IMG/VR virus record: IMGVR_UViG_2744054855_000002
Coordinates: 1,399 to 65,398 of that record
Source: a virus
Taxonomy: Duplodnaviria > Caudoviricetes
Length of the DNA: 64,000 nt
Reading direction: 5' to 3' (one strand)
The position numbers were made by a program, and so were the translations under genes. This document shows, in pieces, positions 37,917-46,916 of this stretch. Under the pieces are notes generated by a model. That model did not search any database. It had not been told where the DNA came from and was given only the letters and a program-made list of their open reading frames with translations. The stretch's first letter is position 1; each line of letters opens with the position of its first letter.

Positions 37917-38209
37917 GCGGCCACCACTCCTTCGCTAACCAGAATGTCATTGGTCCGGATAACGCCCTCGGCGTGATACAAACGCATTTCGTCACGCGGC
38001 ATGTCATAGCGAGCCCGGCCATCAATACGGTCATGGCACCAAGAGCAACACCAAGCACCCTGCAAGTTGTTCGGCTTGATCCCCATGCCGCAGGTGCCAG
38101 CCAATCGGTAATGGGCAAGCACTGTGGTTTCGGTGTCGTTCGGGCATCCTGGGAGTCGGACCATGCAGTCTCGCCCGCGAGCCGCTTTAGTGAGCCTTGT
38201 CTGCTTCAT
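37913..38209 (-). CDS. DUF1364 nuclease-like protein (intact)
   Basis: ARGRDCMVRLPGC...TTVLAHYR...GMGIKP...CCSWCHDRIDGR. Confidence 0.85.
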   Translation of the reverse strand: MKQTRLTKAARGRDCMVRLPGCPNDTETTVLAHYRLAGTCGMGIKPNNLQGAWCCSWCHDRIDGRARYDMPRDEMRLYHAEGVIRTNDILVSEGVVAA

Positions 38210-38853
38210 TTGCTCACCTCGGCAAGCTCCAACTTGTAGGTTTTCCCGCGCTTTATGTTGCAGATCGTTTGAGCGGACACTCCATATTCAGCGGCCAAGG
38301 TCTTATAAGACCCTTCGGCGCTGAGCACTTCCAATGCCTGGGCTGGGCTCAGCTTGCTCTGGTAGCTCGAGGCGCCCGAAGGGATAAGTCCATTAGCGAA
38401 TCCATGTGCCGCATTTTCGCTGCGGGTCGACCACTCAAGATTCGCTGCCTGGTTATTCAGCTTGTTGCCATCGAGGTGGTTAACTTCATCCTTCGATTCT
38501 GGATTTGGAATGAATGCTTCCGCGACAAGTCGATGGATCATTCGGTATGAAGGCTTGGCTTTTTGGCCGGAATAGAGCCCGACAAACTGGTAGCCTCCGG
38601 GCTTAATACCTGGGCGCAATGGTTTCCAACCCTTCTTCGCAGAAAGCACCTGTCCATCAGACGTGATTGCGTATAACCCTTCAAAGCCATGAATCGCCAC
38701 GGTGTCGAAGCCCTTCATGCCCATGCCCTTTTGCCCGCATGGCAGGTGGGCCAGTACGGTGGTCTCCGGATTGAAGTTGCAGATGCCTATCAACCTGACC
38801 GTACAATCCTGTCCCCTAGCGCTTTCTCTGATTTTCTTGCTAACGACCTTCAT
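38206..38853 (-). CDS. DUF1364 N-terminus fused to a NUMOD4-HNH endonuclease
   Basis: ARGQDCTVRL...TTVLAHLPCGQKGMGMKGFDTVA, then GFEGLY..TSDG, IHRLVAEAF, VNHLDGNKLNN...NLEW. Confidence 0.85.
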   Translation of the reverse strand: MKVVSKKIRESARGQDCTVRLIGICNFNPETTVLAHLPCGQKGMGMKGFDTVAIHGFEGLYAITSDGQVLSAKKGWKPLRPGIKPGGYQFVGLYSGQKAKPSYRMIHRLVAEAFIPNPESKDEVNHLDGNKLNNQAANLEWSTRSENAAHGFANGLIPSGASSYQSKLSPAQALEVLSAEGSYKTLAAEYGVSAQTICNIKRGKTYKLELAEVSK

Positions 38854-39437
38854 GCGTAGCTCCCCATCATGTCGGCAGCAGCCAGCGCAGCAGCCTCGGT
38901 TTCGAAGTGAGCCGACAGCACCAGCCTCCAGCAGGCGTTGAACACGTCGCGGTACAGCGGCTCGAAGGCTGTGTCATCCATGTTCGCCCAACTGATCGAC
39001 TTGGCTTCCTTGCGCACGCCATCTGGCGTCTGCACCAGGTGGAAGTGGCCAGCCTCGATGGTTACCCACTCGCGGAAGGCATCCCGGCTCTTGTCCACCA
39101 CCGGGAAGCGGTCGGCGCGGTCGGCCTCCAGCTTGGCGATGTAGCCCTCCACTGCACTTGTGAGCTGGCCTGGGCGCTGGTTGAGCTCTTCGAAGTACTT
39201 GGCCAAGCCCCAGATACCCCGCAGCTCCTGCCGGGGCACCAGGCCGCCAGAGGGCTCCCAGTACTCCCACGCCAGATCCAGCATCGAGAAGAACTTGCGG
39301 TGGAACTTGGCGTTGCGCATCTTGGTGAACTTGCCGTGGATGACCTGGCCAGCCTTCCAGTGCAGGATGGTTTCGCGGTCGGCATCGGTCGCCGGCACCA
39401 GGCCTTGAGGCGTGCGGATAAGTGCGAGTTCAGCCAT
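38850..39437 (-). CDS. DUF1367-like protein
   Basis: RNAKFHRKFF and KSISWANMD motifs. Confidence 0.8.
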   Translation of the reverse strand: MAELALIRTPQGLVPATDADRETILHWKAGQVIHGKFTKMRNAKFHRKFFSMLDLAWEYWEPSGGLVPRQELRGIWGLAKYFEELNQRPGQLTSAVEGYIAKLEADRADRFPVVDKSRDAFREWVTIEAGHFHLVQTPDGVRKEAKSISWANMDDTAFEPLYRDVFNACWRLVLSAHFETEAAALAAADMMGSYA

Positions 39438-39729
39438 TGCTCGCCTCCTTGGCCATGGCTGCGTCGATGATCTCGTCAATGTTGTCGCAGTAGCCGTAGA
39501 TATCCTGTACATCACCTCGGCAGTTCACTACGTCACGGACAGCGCATCTGATGTTCCCATCAACCTGGCCGCTGATTTCGCCCAAGGCTTTACGCAACGC
39601 CTCGTTCTCGGCCTTGAGCTGGTCGTAGGCCTCCGCCATTACCACCTCAGGCCCGTGCGGGTCGTAGCTGATCCGGCTGCCGCCCTCGGAAAGCATCTTG
39701 ACGACTTTGTAGCGATGGACTTCGGTCAT
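39430..39729 (-). CDS. hypothetical protein
   Basis: coupled ORF in the nin region. Confidence 0.65.
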   Translation of the reverse strand: MTEVHRYKVVKMLSEGGSRISYDPHGPEVVMAEAYDQLKAENEALRKALGEISGQVDGNIRCAVRDVVNCRGDVQDIYGYCDNIDEIIDAAMAKEASNG

Positions 39730-40031
39730 GGCGCCACCTTCATGCCTTGGGCCTCGATCGAGGAGCGCAGCGACTCACGCATGTCACGCTCCATGCTGGC
39801 CGGGTAGTCTTCAAACTTCGGCAGCTCCACCACCACGGCCTCGCGGGAGGCCTGCCAGGCCCACCATGCGAGAGACTCGGTGATGTTCTGATAGTCGCCG
39901 TCGGGCTTCTTCTGGCTGAGCGAGTACAGGACGGTAGGGCGGAACCCTTCGCCGCCGCGGCGACACATCTCCTGGACGAACTCTGACTCGAACTGCTCGC
40001 GGCTGATGTCGCGCATCTTGTTGGTGTCCAT
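39726..40031 (-). CDS. hypothetical protein
   Basis: SREQFE...AWWAWQASR pattern typical of nin-region genes. Confidence 0.7.
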   Translation of the reverse strand: MDTNKMRDISREQFESEFVQEMCRRGGEGFRPTVLYSLSQKKPDGDYQNITESLAWWAWQASREAVVVELPKFEDYPASMERDMRESLRSSIEAQGMKVAP

Positions 40032-40396
40032 CAGTGCTTCTCCTGCATGCGCATGCCGATGTTCGCAGCGGCAATCAGGATTGCGCGGGCCACGTTCTCA
40101 CTCGTCGGATGCAGGTCCGTGCCTTGGCCATAGCCAACGATGCCGTGCATCTCGAAGTTCTCCTTGTCCTCGTTGCGGCGGCAGACGACCTGCTTGAAAC
40201 CGTCCAAGAACTCGACGTCGAGGCGCAGCTTCGTGGCAAGGATCAGCGCCTGCTCCTTGAAATCCAGCGGGCTGAACCAGCCACTGAACCCCACGGCCGT
40301 GAACTTGCGAATGTCGCCCTTGAATGAAGGCTCATGGGCGGTCGCGCCGATGGCGATTGCTGCGAACTCGATGAGATCGCGATCTGTCAGGCTCAT
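40031..40396 (-). CDS. hypothetical protein
   Basis: coupled ORF. Confidence 0.65.
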   Translation of the reverse strand: MSLTDRDLIEFAAIAIGATAHEPSFKGDIRKFTAVGFSGWFSPLDFKEQALILATKLRLDVEFLDGFKQVVCRRNEDKENFEMHGIVGYGQGTDLHPTSENVARAILIAAANIGMRMQEKH

Positions 40397-40584
40397 ACGC
40401 CCTCCCCGGCCGGCTGCCCGGCGCGCTTGAATTCAACGTGATACCCGCGCTTCTGACTGCCATCAGCCATCACTACGCGGCGGTCGGCGCCCTTGGTCAT
40501 GCGGACGATTTCGCGTCCTTCCACGACCTGCGCGAAGCCCTGGCTCTTGAGCTGGGCGACTGTGATTTCTTGTGCGGGGGTCAT
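40393..40584 (-). CDS. hypothetical protein
   Basis: coupled ORF. Confidence 0.6.
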   Translation of the reverse strand: MTPAQEITVAQLKSQGFAQVVEGREIVRMTKGADRRVVMADGSQKRGYHVEFKRAGQPAGEGV

Positions 40585-41390
40585 CAGATAGCCTCCTTGC
40601 CGCGGTGCGATTCCCACTCGAACGGCACGACGATCATCCCGCCCTCGCGCAGGCGATCGACGCAGCGCTCGCCCATAGCAACCGGCAACTGCTCGGGGCC
40701 CAGGTTGGAAATGACCACCGTGGGCTTCACCTGCTCGTACCGGCCGTTGATGATCGCGAACAGGGTCGTCAGCTCGAAGTCGCTCGGCTGCTCCTTGCTC
40801 ACGCCGACTTCGTCCAGCACCAGCAGGGATGGCTCGATGAGGCTGGCCAGGATGCTCGCCTCGGTCGCCTCGCTGGAGCGGTCGTAGGTGGCGCGGATGG
40901 CCTGCAGGATCGAACCGACCGTGCGGTACACAGCCGAATGCGAGGTGCTGCGCATCAGGTCGTTGGCCATGCCGGCGCCAAGGTGGGTCTTGCCGGTACC
41001 AGGCTTGCCCAGCAGCACCATGCAGCGGCCGGTCTCGGCGATCTGGTCGAAGGTCTTCACGTAGTGGCGGCAGAAGCGCAGAGCCTCGGCCTGGCCCTTG
41101 TGCTCGGCCTTGTAGTTCGCCAGAGAGCGATCAGCGAAGCGTTTCGGGATCAGTGAGTCGCCAAGCTTGCGGGAGATCGCCAGGCGCACGTTCAGGGCCT
41201 GCTCGGCCTCGGCCCGGGCCTCTCGCTCCTCCTTGGCAATTCGGGCGCACTCAGGGCAATGACTGCGCAGTGCCTTGCCCAGCAGCATGGTGACCTTCTG
41301 CTCGAAGGCGCCGTGCTTCTCGCATTCGGCTGGCTGGATACGGGCAACGACCGCGCCTTGGTCGATCTGGACGACTTTTTCAGAGCGCAT
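40584..41390 (-). CDS. DnaC/IstB-like helicase loader ATPase
   Basis: GKPGTGKT Walker A, LLVLDEVG Walker B. Confidence 0.9.
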   Translation of the reverse strand: MRSEKVVQIDQGAVVARIQPAECEKHGAFEQKVTMLLGKALRSHCPECARIAKEEREARAEAEQALNVRLAISRKLGDSLIPKRFADRSLANYKAEHKGQAEALRFCRHYVKTFDQIAETGRCMVLLGKPGTGKTHLGAGMANDLMRSTSHSAVYRTVGSILQAIRATYDRSSEATEASILASLIEPSLLVLDEVGVSKEQPSDFELTTLFAIINGRYEQVKPTVVISNLGPEQLPVAMGERCVDRLREGGMIVVPFEWESHRGKEAI

Positions 41391-42186
41391 AGCTGCCGTC
41401 CTCCCGACGCTTCAAGCCTGAGGTGTAGTCGCGCTCAGCGAAGCCGTGGTGGCGGCTGGCTGGCAGGTGATGGACGTTGTCAGCAGGAACCTCGACCTCG
41501 TCCTCCCAGCGCTTGCCGTTGAGCCAGGTGGCCGCGTGAGGGATGAACTGGCCTTTGTCCTTAGTCCAGCCAGGCAACAGGCAATGCTTGGCAAGAGCCG
41601 TGACGATGGTGTCGAACAAATCAGCGGTCAGCTTGAGCTTTGCCCAGGCCTTCTCAGCTTTGTCCTTCCCGACCTTGCGCGGGTACAGCTTCCAGAACCG
41701 CGAAAACAACTCGGCCGAATCAACCGGAGCTGGCGACGGGTTGAGGGAATCAGGAATCAGGAATCCGGAATCAAGAGAGAGGGAATCAGCAGGGAAAGAA
41801 CTGTGCGAGTCTGGTGCTTGCACCGTGCTTTCCTCATGCCTTCCCTGGCACTCGTCTAGCACGGGCATTTCAGGGATAGTGCTCTTGGCTTCCTTGACGT
41901 GCGGGTTCTGGTGTTTCGCCCAGTTCACCACCTGGATGGCCTTGATCTCGCCAACGGTGTACCGCTTGATGAACCCCAAATGATCCAGGTCATCTAGCAT
42001 GCGGTCGAGGTCGACATTGTCAGCCGGGAACAGGGCCATTTTCAGTCGGCGCGGGCGATCTTCGAGGCGCCCTTCACGGTCTGCCTCGGTCCAAAGCCCG
42101 ATGAACAGGAGGCGTGTGGCAAAGTCCAGCTCTGCCAGGTGTTCGTTCGAGAAGAACCCCGGCTTGATGTTTCGGGATCTGGCCAT
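41380..42186 (-). CDS. replication initiator protein
   Basis: MARSRNIKPGFF; FWKLYPRKVGK; ATWLNGKRWEDE. Confidence 0.88.
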   Translation of the reverse strand: MARSRNIKPGFFSNEHLAELDFATRLLFIGLWTEADREGRLEDRPRRLKMALFPADNVDLDRMLDDLDHLGFIKRYTVGEIKAIQVVNWAKHQNPHVKEAKSTIPEMPVLDECQGRHEESTVQAPDSHSSFPADSLSLDSGFLIPDSLNPSPAPVDSAELFSRFWKLYPRKVGKDKAEKAWAKLKLTADLFDTIVTALAKHCLLPGWTKDKGQFIPHAATWLNGKRWEDEVEVPADNVHHLPASRHHGFAERDYTSGLKRREDGSYAL

Positions 42187-42818
42187 CATTGGGCCTCCTG
42201 GGTGTTCTGGGCCTTCTCGGCTCGACGTTTGTCGCGGTAGGCGTAAACCTCTTCCAGGCCTTCCTCGATCTTTACTACCTCGCGGTCGAAGTAGGCTTGG
42301 GCCTGCGTTTCTTCTTCCGGAGGCAGCTCACCAGGGCCACGCAAGCCGTTCCAGATCCACTGCATCGCGGCATCGGCACCTTTACCGTGCTGCCACTCAA
42401 TCACTGCGCCGCGCATGCCGAGCAGGGTTCGGCCGAAAAGCAGGTCCATTTCCTTCACCAGCATGCGCAGGTCTTGGTTCTCGGTCTTGAGACCTTCCGC
42501 ATCCTGCAGTCGACGCTCTGCTCTCTTGATATCGCGCTGCGATGCTCGGATCTGCTTCTGCATCTTCGAGGCGTCTTCGCCCATGCGCTTGGTGCTGCCA
42601 CGCATGGCGTTGTTGTCGGCCTCAAGTCGTTCAATTTCGGCGAGCAATTCGAGGACGGCGTTGGGGTTTGCGGCCGCGAGAAAGTCCATATCCGTATAGG
42701 TGGCTCGTCGGTGCCCTTTCTTTTTGTCCCACACCTCAACGCGATCACCTTTGCCAACCTCAGTGAAGTGGGTGCTCGTCTTGGCCAGTGCTTTCAGTTT
42801 CTGCTTGTCGATGCTCAT
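42186..42818 (-). CDS. Ead/Ea22-like protein
   Basis: IDKQKLKALA and FLAAANPNAVLELLAEIE motifs. Confidence 0.7.
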   Translation of the reverse strand: MSIDKQKLKALAKTSTHFTEVGKGDRVEVWDKKKGHRRATYTDMDFLAAANPNAVLELLAEIERLEADNNAMRGSTKRMGEDASKMQKQIRASQRDIKRAERRLQDAEGLKTENQDLRMLVKEMDLLFGRTLLGMRGAVIEWQHGKGADAAMQWIWNGLRGPGELPPEEETQAQAYFDREVVKIEEGLEEVYAYRDKRRAEKAQNTQEAQ

Positions 42819-43606
42819 GCTGCACCCCGCACGGCCTTGTCGTGGGTATGCAGGCCGTCCCAGTTCTTCTTCATGGGCAGCTCGCCGGCCAGGTACAGTT
42901 CGTACAGGCGCACCGCGCCCTTGCGCAGCAGGATAGGGGTGTAGCTGATGAAGGCCTCTTTGCCGTGAGGGGTGATGGTCTGTTGGTGCTCGGTCATGTA
43001 CTTGTCGCGGGCGTAGGCGCCGACGCGGTACCGGGTTCCGGACTTGCTCTCGTTGTAGAGCCAGTTGCGGCCTTCGAGGAAGTGGCCGACCTGCATCACG
43101 TTGACCCCATTGAGGCCCTTGCAGAACTGGACGTGGCTCATGCCTTCCTTGAACAGGTTCTCCAGGTGGTCGATCTTCTTGGCCTGGGCCTGGACCTGAA
43201 CGGTGAGCAGGACGCGGGCTTTCTCCGACTCCAGGGCCATCTGGAGGATTTCAAGCTTGCTGAGGTCGGCGGGCGCCGATGGGGCGACCCTCGCTTCGAG
43301 CTCCTGCCAGCGGTCGATGACCCTGGCCCTGTGTTCGTCGCTGTAACCAGCCACGACCAGGTGGGTGTCACGCTCAATCAGGTCGTAGACATCGACTGGG
43401 CGACCGCCAGTAGCCTCGCGGCGGCTTTTACGACTTGATCGTAAAAGGTTTTTGGCGAAGAGCCGCTCGATGGTGGCGACCACATCGTTGTGGCGAGCCT
43501 CCACAAGCTCGGCGATCTCGCGCGAAGACATGGTCCGCGCCACGAAATCGTGGTTCGCATTTTGTGGCGCGAGGGCCACGGTATTGATTTGGCTACCAAG
43601 GTGCAT
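42815..43606 (-). CDS. Rha-family regulator with antirepressor-like C-terminus
   Basis: TMSSREIAEL...H..V and GYS...RARVIDRWQELE motifs. Confidence 0.8.
   Translation of the reverse strand: MHLGSQINTVALAPQNANHDFVARTMSSREIAELVEARHNDVVATIERLFAKNLLRSSRKSRREATGGRPVDVYDLIERDTHLVVAGYSDEHRARVIDRWQELEARVAPSAPADLSKLEILQMALESEKARVLLTVQVQAQAKKIDHLENLFKEGMSHVQFCKGLNGVNVMQVGHFLEGRNWLYNESKSGTRYRVGAYARDKYMTEHQQTITPHGKEAFISYTPILLRKGAVRLYELYLAGELPMKKNWDGLHTHDKAVRGAA
43536..43571. repeat. dispersed inverted repeat, copy 3 (inside the Rha-like 5' end)
   Basis: same arms, 12-bp spacer. Confidence 0.9.
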
Positions 43607-43732
43607 ATATGATTGCCTCGCACATGTATTACGAATGCAGTACAAGAAGCCGGTCTAGCCACCGGCTTTTTTGCGTCTGCGGTTTGGGTTTTGGTGCTTT
43701 CAACGGCAGTTCCTCATGAGTCCCTCAGGGGC

Positions 43733-43921
43733 TTAATAGCCCTTGCGAAACGACCGAACGTTGCTTCGGCCAGGCTCTGTTCTCGTCATCCGGTCGAGAG
43801 CCTCATTAATGATTCGTGCCGCCAGTTGCTCAGGGGTTAAGCCCTTCTGCCTGGCAAGAAACTCCAGATCTGAATTGCCCTTCCCGTCGAGCTGGATTCC
43901 CAGCTCTTTGCTTTCTGGCAC
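43733..43921 (-). CDS. small putative DNA-binding protein
   Basis: GGAGG RBS; ribbon-helix-helix-like pattern. Confidence 0.6.
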   Translation of the reverse strand: MPESKELGIQLDGKGNSDLEFLARQKGLTPEQLAARIINEALDRMTRTEPGRSNVRSFRKGY

Positions 43922-43939
43922 AGGGCCTCCTCGGCCACT

Positions 43940-44131
43940 TCAGGCCGCGTCAGTGTTCGCGTTAAGCTCTTGCATCATCTGGTCGAGACCGCGCTCCAAA
44001 ATTTCCCTGGCGAGCACAGCCTTTTGCGTGCGCTTGAAACGAGCCATCGCCGAAAGCAAGTCGTCGGCAGCCTCATCCAAGCGAACCTTGGTGGGCTTGT
44101 TGTGCAGGTGGTCGGGGTCGAAGTACGACAC
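43940..44131 (-). CDS. small regulator at the cII position
   Basis: TKVRLDE...QKAVLAREIL; follows cro. Confidence 0.65.
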   Translation of the reverse strand: MSYFDPDHLHNKPTKVRLDEAADDLLSAMARFKRTQKAVLAREILERGLDQMMQELNANTDAA

Positions 44132-44158
44132 GGTGGGTTCCTTTGTGGTTGAAAGTGG

Positions 44159-44407
44159 TTAAGCGGCGGAAAGCGCGTGGGTCGGATTGCTGTCGATCTG
44201 GTTCCATGGGAACGAAGGACACAGGTCGGCACGATTCACGGCGCCATTCGTAAGCGCCTCAATCTGTAATGCGCGCTTGGCTGGGACCGTGCGCTCTCCT
44301 GAACACCATTGGTTGACGGTTGGTGCCGCAACACTCAGCCGGCGCGCCAATTCCGCCTGGCTGCCCAGCACGCGGGATGCTTCTTTGGCTGCTTCTGCTG
44401 ATTTCAT
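44159..44407 (-). CDS. cro: Cro-like (YdaS family) HTH regulator
   Basis: GSQAELARRLSVAAPTVNQW; divergent from the repressor. Confidence 0.88.
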   Translation of the reverse strand: MKSAEAAKEASRVLGSQAELARRLSVAAPTVNQWCSGERTVPAKRALQIEALTNGAVNRADLCPSFPWNQIDSNPTHALSAA

Positions 44408-44438
44408 GAGTTCTCTCCTGGAGATTTACCGATGAATA

Positions 44439-44511
44439 TAAGGCATTACCTTATCTCGCACAAGCCATTGCCTAATCGCTCTAGCCATAGGCCTAATTAG
44501 GCAATGCTTAC
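44439..44511. promoter_or_regulatory. OR operators (AGGCATTACCT-like, 3 copies)
   Basis: 44439-44453, 44461-44475, 44497-44511; same motif found at pL. Confidence 0.7.
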
Positions 44512-45346
44512 CGGACCAGAATTAGGCGCAGCCATTGATGCCGCGCGGATCGCCAAGGGCGTATCGAAGAAACAACTCGCAGACGACTTCCAGGTGAAGC
44601 CTCCGTCGGTGCAGGGCTGGGTGAAAAACGGCCGGATTGACAAGTCCAAGCTGATGGATGTGATCGTTTATTTTTCTGACGTGGTGGGCCCCGAGCACTG
44701 GGGGCTTCGGCCTGGCTTCTCTTACGAGAGCCTCCCGGAGGTCACTTCGGAGCCTGTCGCCGAGCCGGCGCCGGCCTCAGCTGCCGAAATGGTTCGCGCC
44801 ATGCTCGCCAAGCAAGGCAAGAACTTGTCGGATACAGCGCGCGCGCAGTTGATTGCAGCCGCCGAAGCGACTGATGAGGGAAATGTGATTACCGCAGACT
44901 TCTCTCGGCCTGGCCTGGTCGGTGATGAGGTTAGGATCGCTCACTACGACATCCGCGCGGCCATGGGCGGAGGCCAGATTCCGCACGATTACCCGGAGAT
45001 GCTCAAGGATATTCGCGTCAGTCCGAGCCATCTACGCGAGCTGGGGGTCGAGTTCGAGGAGCACTACCACCTGAAGGTCGTCACCGGATGGGGCCAGTCC
45101 ATGGAGCCCACCATCAAGCACCGCGACCCGCTGATCGTGAACATCAACGTCCGCGACTTCGTGGGCGATGGGGTGTACCTCTTCGTCTGGGATGACCTGC
45201 TCTACATCAAGCGCCTGCAGGTTGCTGATGAAGAGCACTACGAGATGATTTCGGACAACCCGCGACACAAGGATCGGCTGATCCGCCGGGACATGACCTA
45301 CATCCAGGCCCGGGTGCTGCTGGTGTGGAATGCGCACTTGGTTTAG
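44504..45346 (+). CDS. cI: prophage CI repressor (HTH + S24), probably leaderless
   Basis: HTH, GQSMEP and IKRL motifs; no SD before ATG. Confidence 0.92.
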   Translation: MLTGPELGAAIDAARIAKGVSKKQLADDFQVKPPSVQGWVKNGRIDKSKLMDVIVYFSDVVGPEHWGLRPGFSYESLPEVTSEPVAEPAPASAAEMVRAMLAKQGKNLSDTARAQLIAAAEATDEGNVITADFSRPGLVGDEVRIAHYDIRAAMGGGQIPHDYPEMLKDIRVSPSHLRELGVEFEEHYHLKVVTGWGQSMEPTIKHRDPLIVNINVRDFVGDGVYLFVWDDLLYIKRLQVADEEHYEMISDNPRHKDRLIRRDMTYIQARVLLVWNAHLV

Positions 45347-45398
45347 CTGCGCACATTGAACACCCAGCCCTAAAATTCGCCAGAAGTGAGGCATCCTA

Positions 45399-45758
45399 AT
45401 GTCAGATAGCCCTAAGCCAGTAAAGCCTCGCATGACCATGCTATCCGTATCTCCGGATGATTTTGTGCGGTTCATTACCGCCAAAGGGACGCAGACCGAC
45501 GAATGTCCAGTTTGCGGTCACACTGAATGGTCCGTGCTTTGCAGTCCTGATGATGAACCTGTTTTTCGGGTAGGTATGCCCGTTCGCAATCGGGAAGAAG
45601 AATTCTATCTGTCCGCGTTCGGTTACTACTGTGAGAGCTGCGGCTACCTACGGCAACACATGGCCCCCGTTGTTCATAAATGGGTCCAAGACAATCCAGC
45701 GCCTGGTGATGCTGTGATCGACAAAATGGAGTCAGGCGGGATCGATTCAGATGCTTAA
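45399..45758 (+). CDS. Zn-binding hypothetical protein at the rex-like position
   Basis: CPVC...CESC; GAGG RBS. Confidence 0.75.
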   Translation: MSDSPKPVKPRMTMLSVSPDDFVRFITAKGTQTDECPVCGHTEWSVLCSPDDEPVFRVGMPVRNREEEFYLSAFGYYCESCGYLRQHMAPVVHKWVQDNPAPGDAVIDKMESGGIDSDA

Positions 45759-45894
45759 AACCACCTCGTGCGATAGCCCAGAATCAATCAAGGCACGGCT
45801 TGGAAAATGCACTCCACACCTCAACATCCACGCTAACGTACGTGGTAAAGAATTGAAGAGTGACAACCCTCCGGTCGAGAGCGATACTCACCTC

Positions 45895-46347
45895 ATGAAC
45901 GACATCACTCGCGAAGAATTCAACGCCAAGCTCGAGACCATTGAAGCCAAGATGGATGCTCGCGCTGAAGCTGTGTCTTCGAAAATCGATGCATTTTTAG
46001 CTGTTCAGGCCGAGCGTGATCAGCGTTTCAAAGAGCGACTAAATTCGTCGATCGTGCTCTCGGATGAATGGAACCAGAAATTTAGGATGCTGGCAGAGCA
46101 GTCTGTCCAGGCTGCTGCAAGTGCAGAGGCTTCTGCCAAGGAGGCCGCCACCCTAAAGACGCACTTCTGGGCAAGCGTCATCGCACAGCTACTAGCTGTA
46201 GGTGCAATAGTAGTTGGGGCATACTTTGCCAATCAGGCGAATGTGCTGTCGGCGGTGTCTACCACAGTCTCTGTTTTCCAGGCAGGCAAAGACCAAGGTA
46301 ACACCCGAGACAGTCAGCCTCCTTCGGTTCAGCAAGAAAGCAACTGA
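45895..46347 (+). CDS. coiled-coil protein with C-terminal TM
   Basis: MNDITREEFNAKLETIEAKMD; start could be 45751. Confidence 0.75.
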   Translation: MNDITREEFNAKLETIEAKMDARAEAVSSKIDAFLAVQAERDQRFKERLNSSIVLSDEWNQKFRMLAEQSVQAAASAEASAKEAATLKTHFWASVIAQLLAVGAIVVGAYFANQANVLSAVSTTVSVFQAGKDQGNTRDSQPPSVQQESN

Positions 46348-46348
46348 A

Positions 46349-46373
46349 CAAGCCCGCCTCAGCGGGCTTTTTC
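46349..46373. terminator. terminator
   Basis: AAGCCCGC-CTCA-GCGGGCTTTTT. Confidence 0.75.
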
Positions 46374-46380
46374 ATGCCCG

Positions 46381-46707
46381 TCAGAAAGGCGCCTCCTCCT
46401 CTACCCTCTCCTCCTCCCAATCCCGCTCCACGACCAAGTCGTCTCGATCCTCGGCGCTCTGCTCCTCCCACCTAACCGTCACGCTCTCATCGTCGTTAAA
46501 CGTCAGGTCCAATTCCGGCGTTTCTGCCAGCAGTCCCATCACCTCCTCCCACTCCATGTCTCCATCCGTGTCCAGGCGATGGATAGTCACCCAGCGCTGC
46601 GACTGCGCGATCGGGTGATTGATCATCGACGATACCCGCAGGCCCAGGCGCTCAAGCGCGGTCATCTCTTGGCGCGCTTGTGGGGTCGACTTTTTCTGCT
46701 TGGCCAT
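46381..46707 (-). CDS. DUF1654-like protein
   Basis: paralog of 1644-1967; GGAGG RBS. Confidence 0.85.
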   Translation of the reverse strand: MAKQKKSTPQARQEMTALERLGLRVSSMINHPIAQSQRWVTIHRLDTDGDMEWEEVMGLLAETPELDLTFNDDESVTVRWEEQSAEDRDDLVVERDWEEERVEEEAPF

Positions 46708-46722
46708 ACCTTCCTCCGTTAA

Positions 46723-46738
46723 CTGTACATCCATCCAG
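46723..46738. promoter_or_regulatory. LexA (SOS) box
   Basis: CTGTACATCCATCCAG, same position relative to DUF1654 as 1984-1999. Confidence 0.7.
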
Positions 46739-46810
46739 TATTAGGCAGAGCTTACCCGAGCCAGCGAACGATGCAAGCCCGGATAGCTGATTAGGCGCAC
46801 ATGAAAAAAG

Positions 46811-46853
46811 TTAGGCATTACCTATTTACAATAATTAGGCATTGGCTTATCGT
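46811..46853 (+). promoter_or_regulatory. pL promoter with OL operators
   Basis: TTTACA (46825-30)-17 bp-TATCGT (46848-53); operators 46811-46825 and 46835-46849. Confidence 0.8.
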
Positions 46854-46903
46854 TCATTCCATCGAGGCGCTACACAGCCCCTCGGGAGGCCCTCAAGCCT
46901 CAC

Positions 46904-46916
46904 CGCTCTTTAACAA
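46904..46916 (+). promoter_or_regulatory. boxA antitermination element
   Basis: CGCTCTTTAACAA, matching the rrn/lambdoid boxA consensus. Confidence 0.75.

Noticed and set aside
30171-43571. CRISPR repeats or MITE for the 37-bp palindromes
   Set aside because: Copies are kilobases apart, the centre varies while the arms are fixed, and there are no cas genes or target-site duplications.
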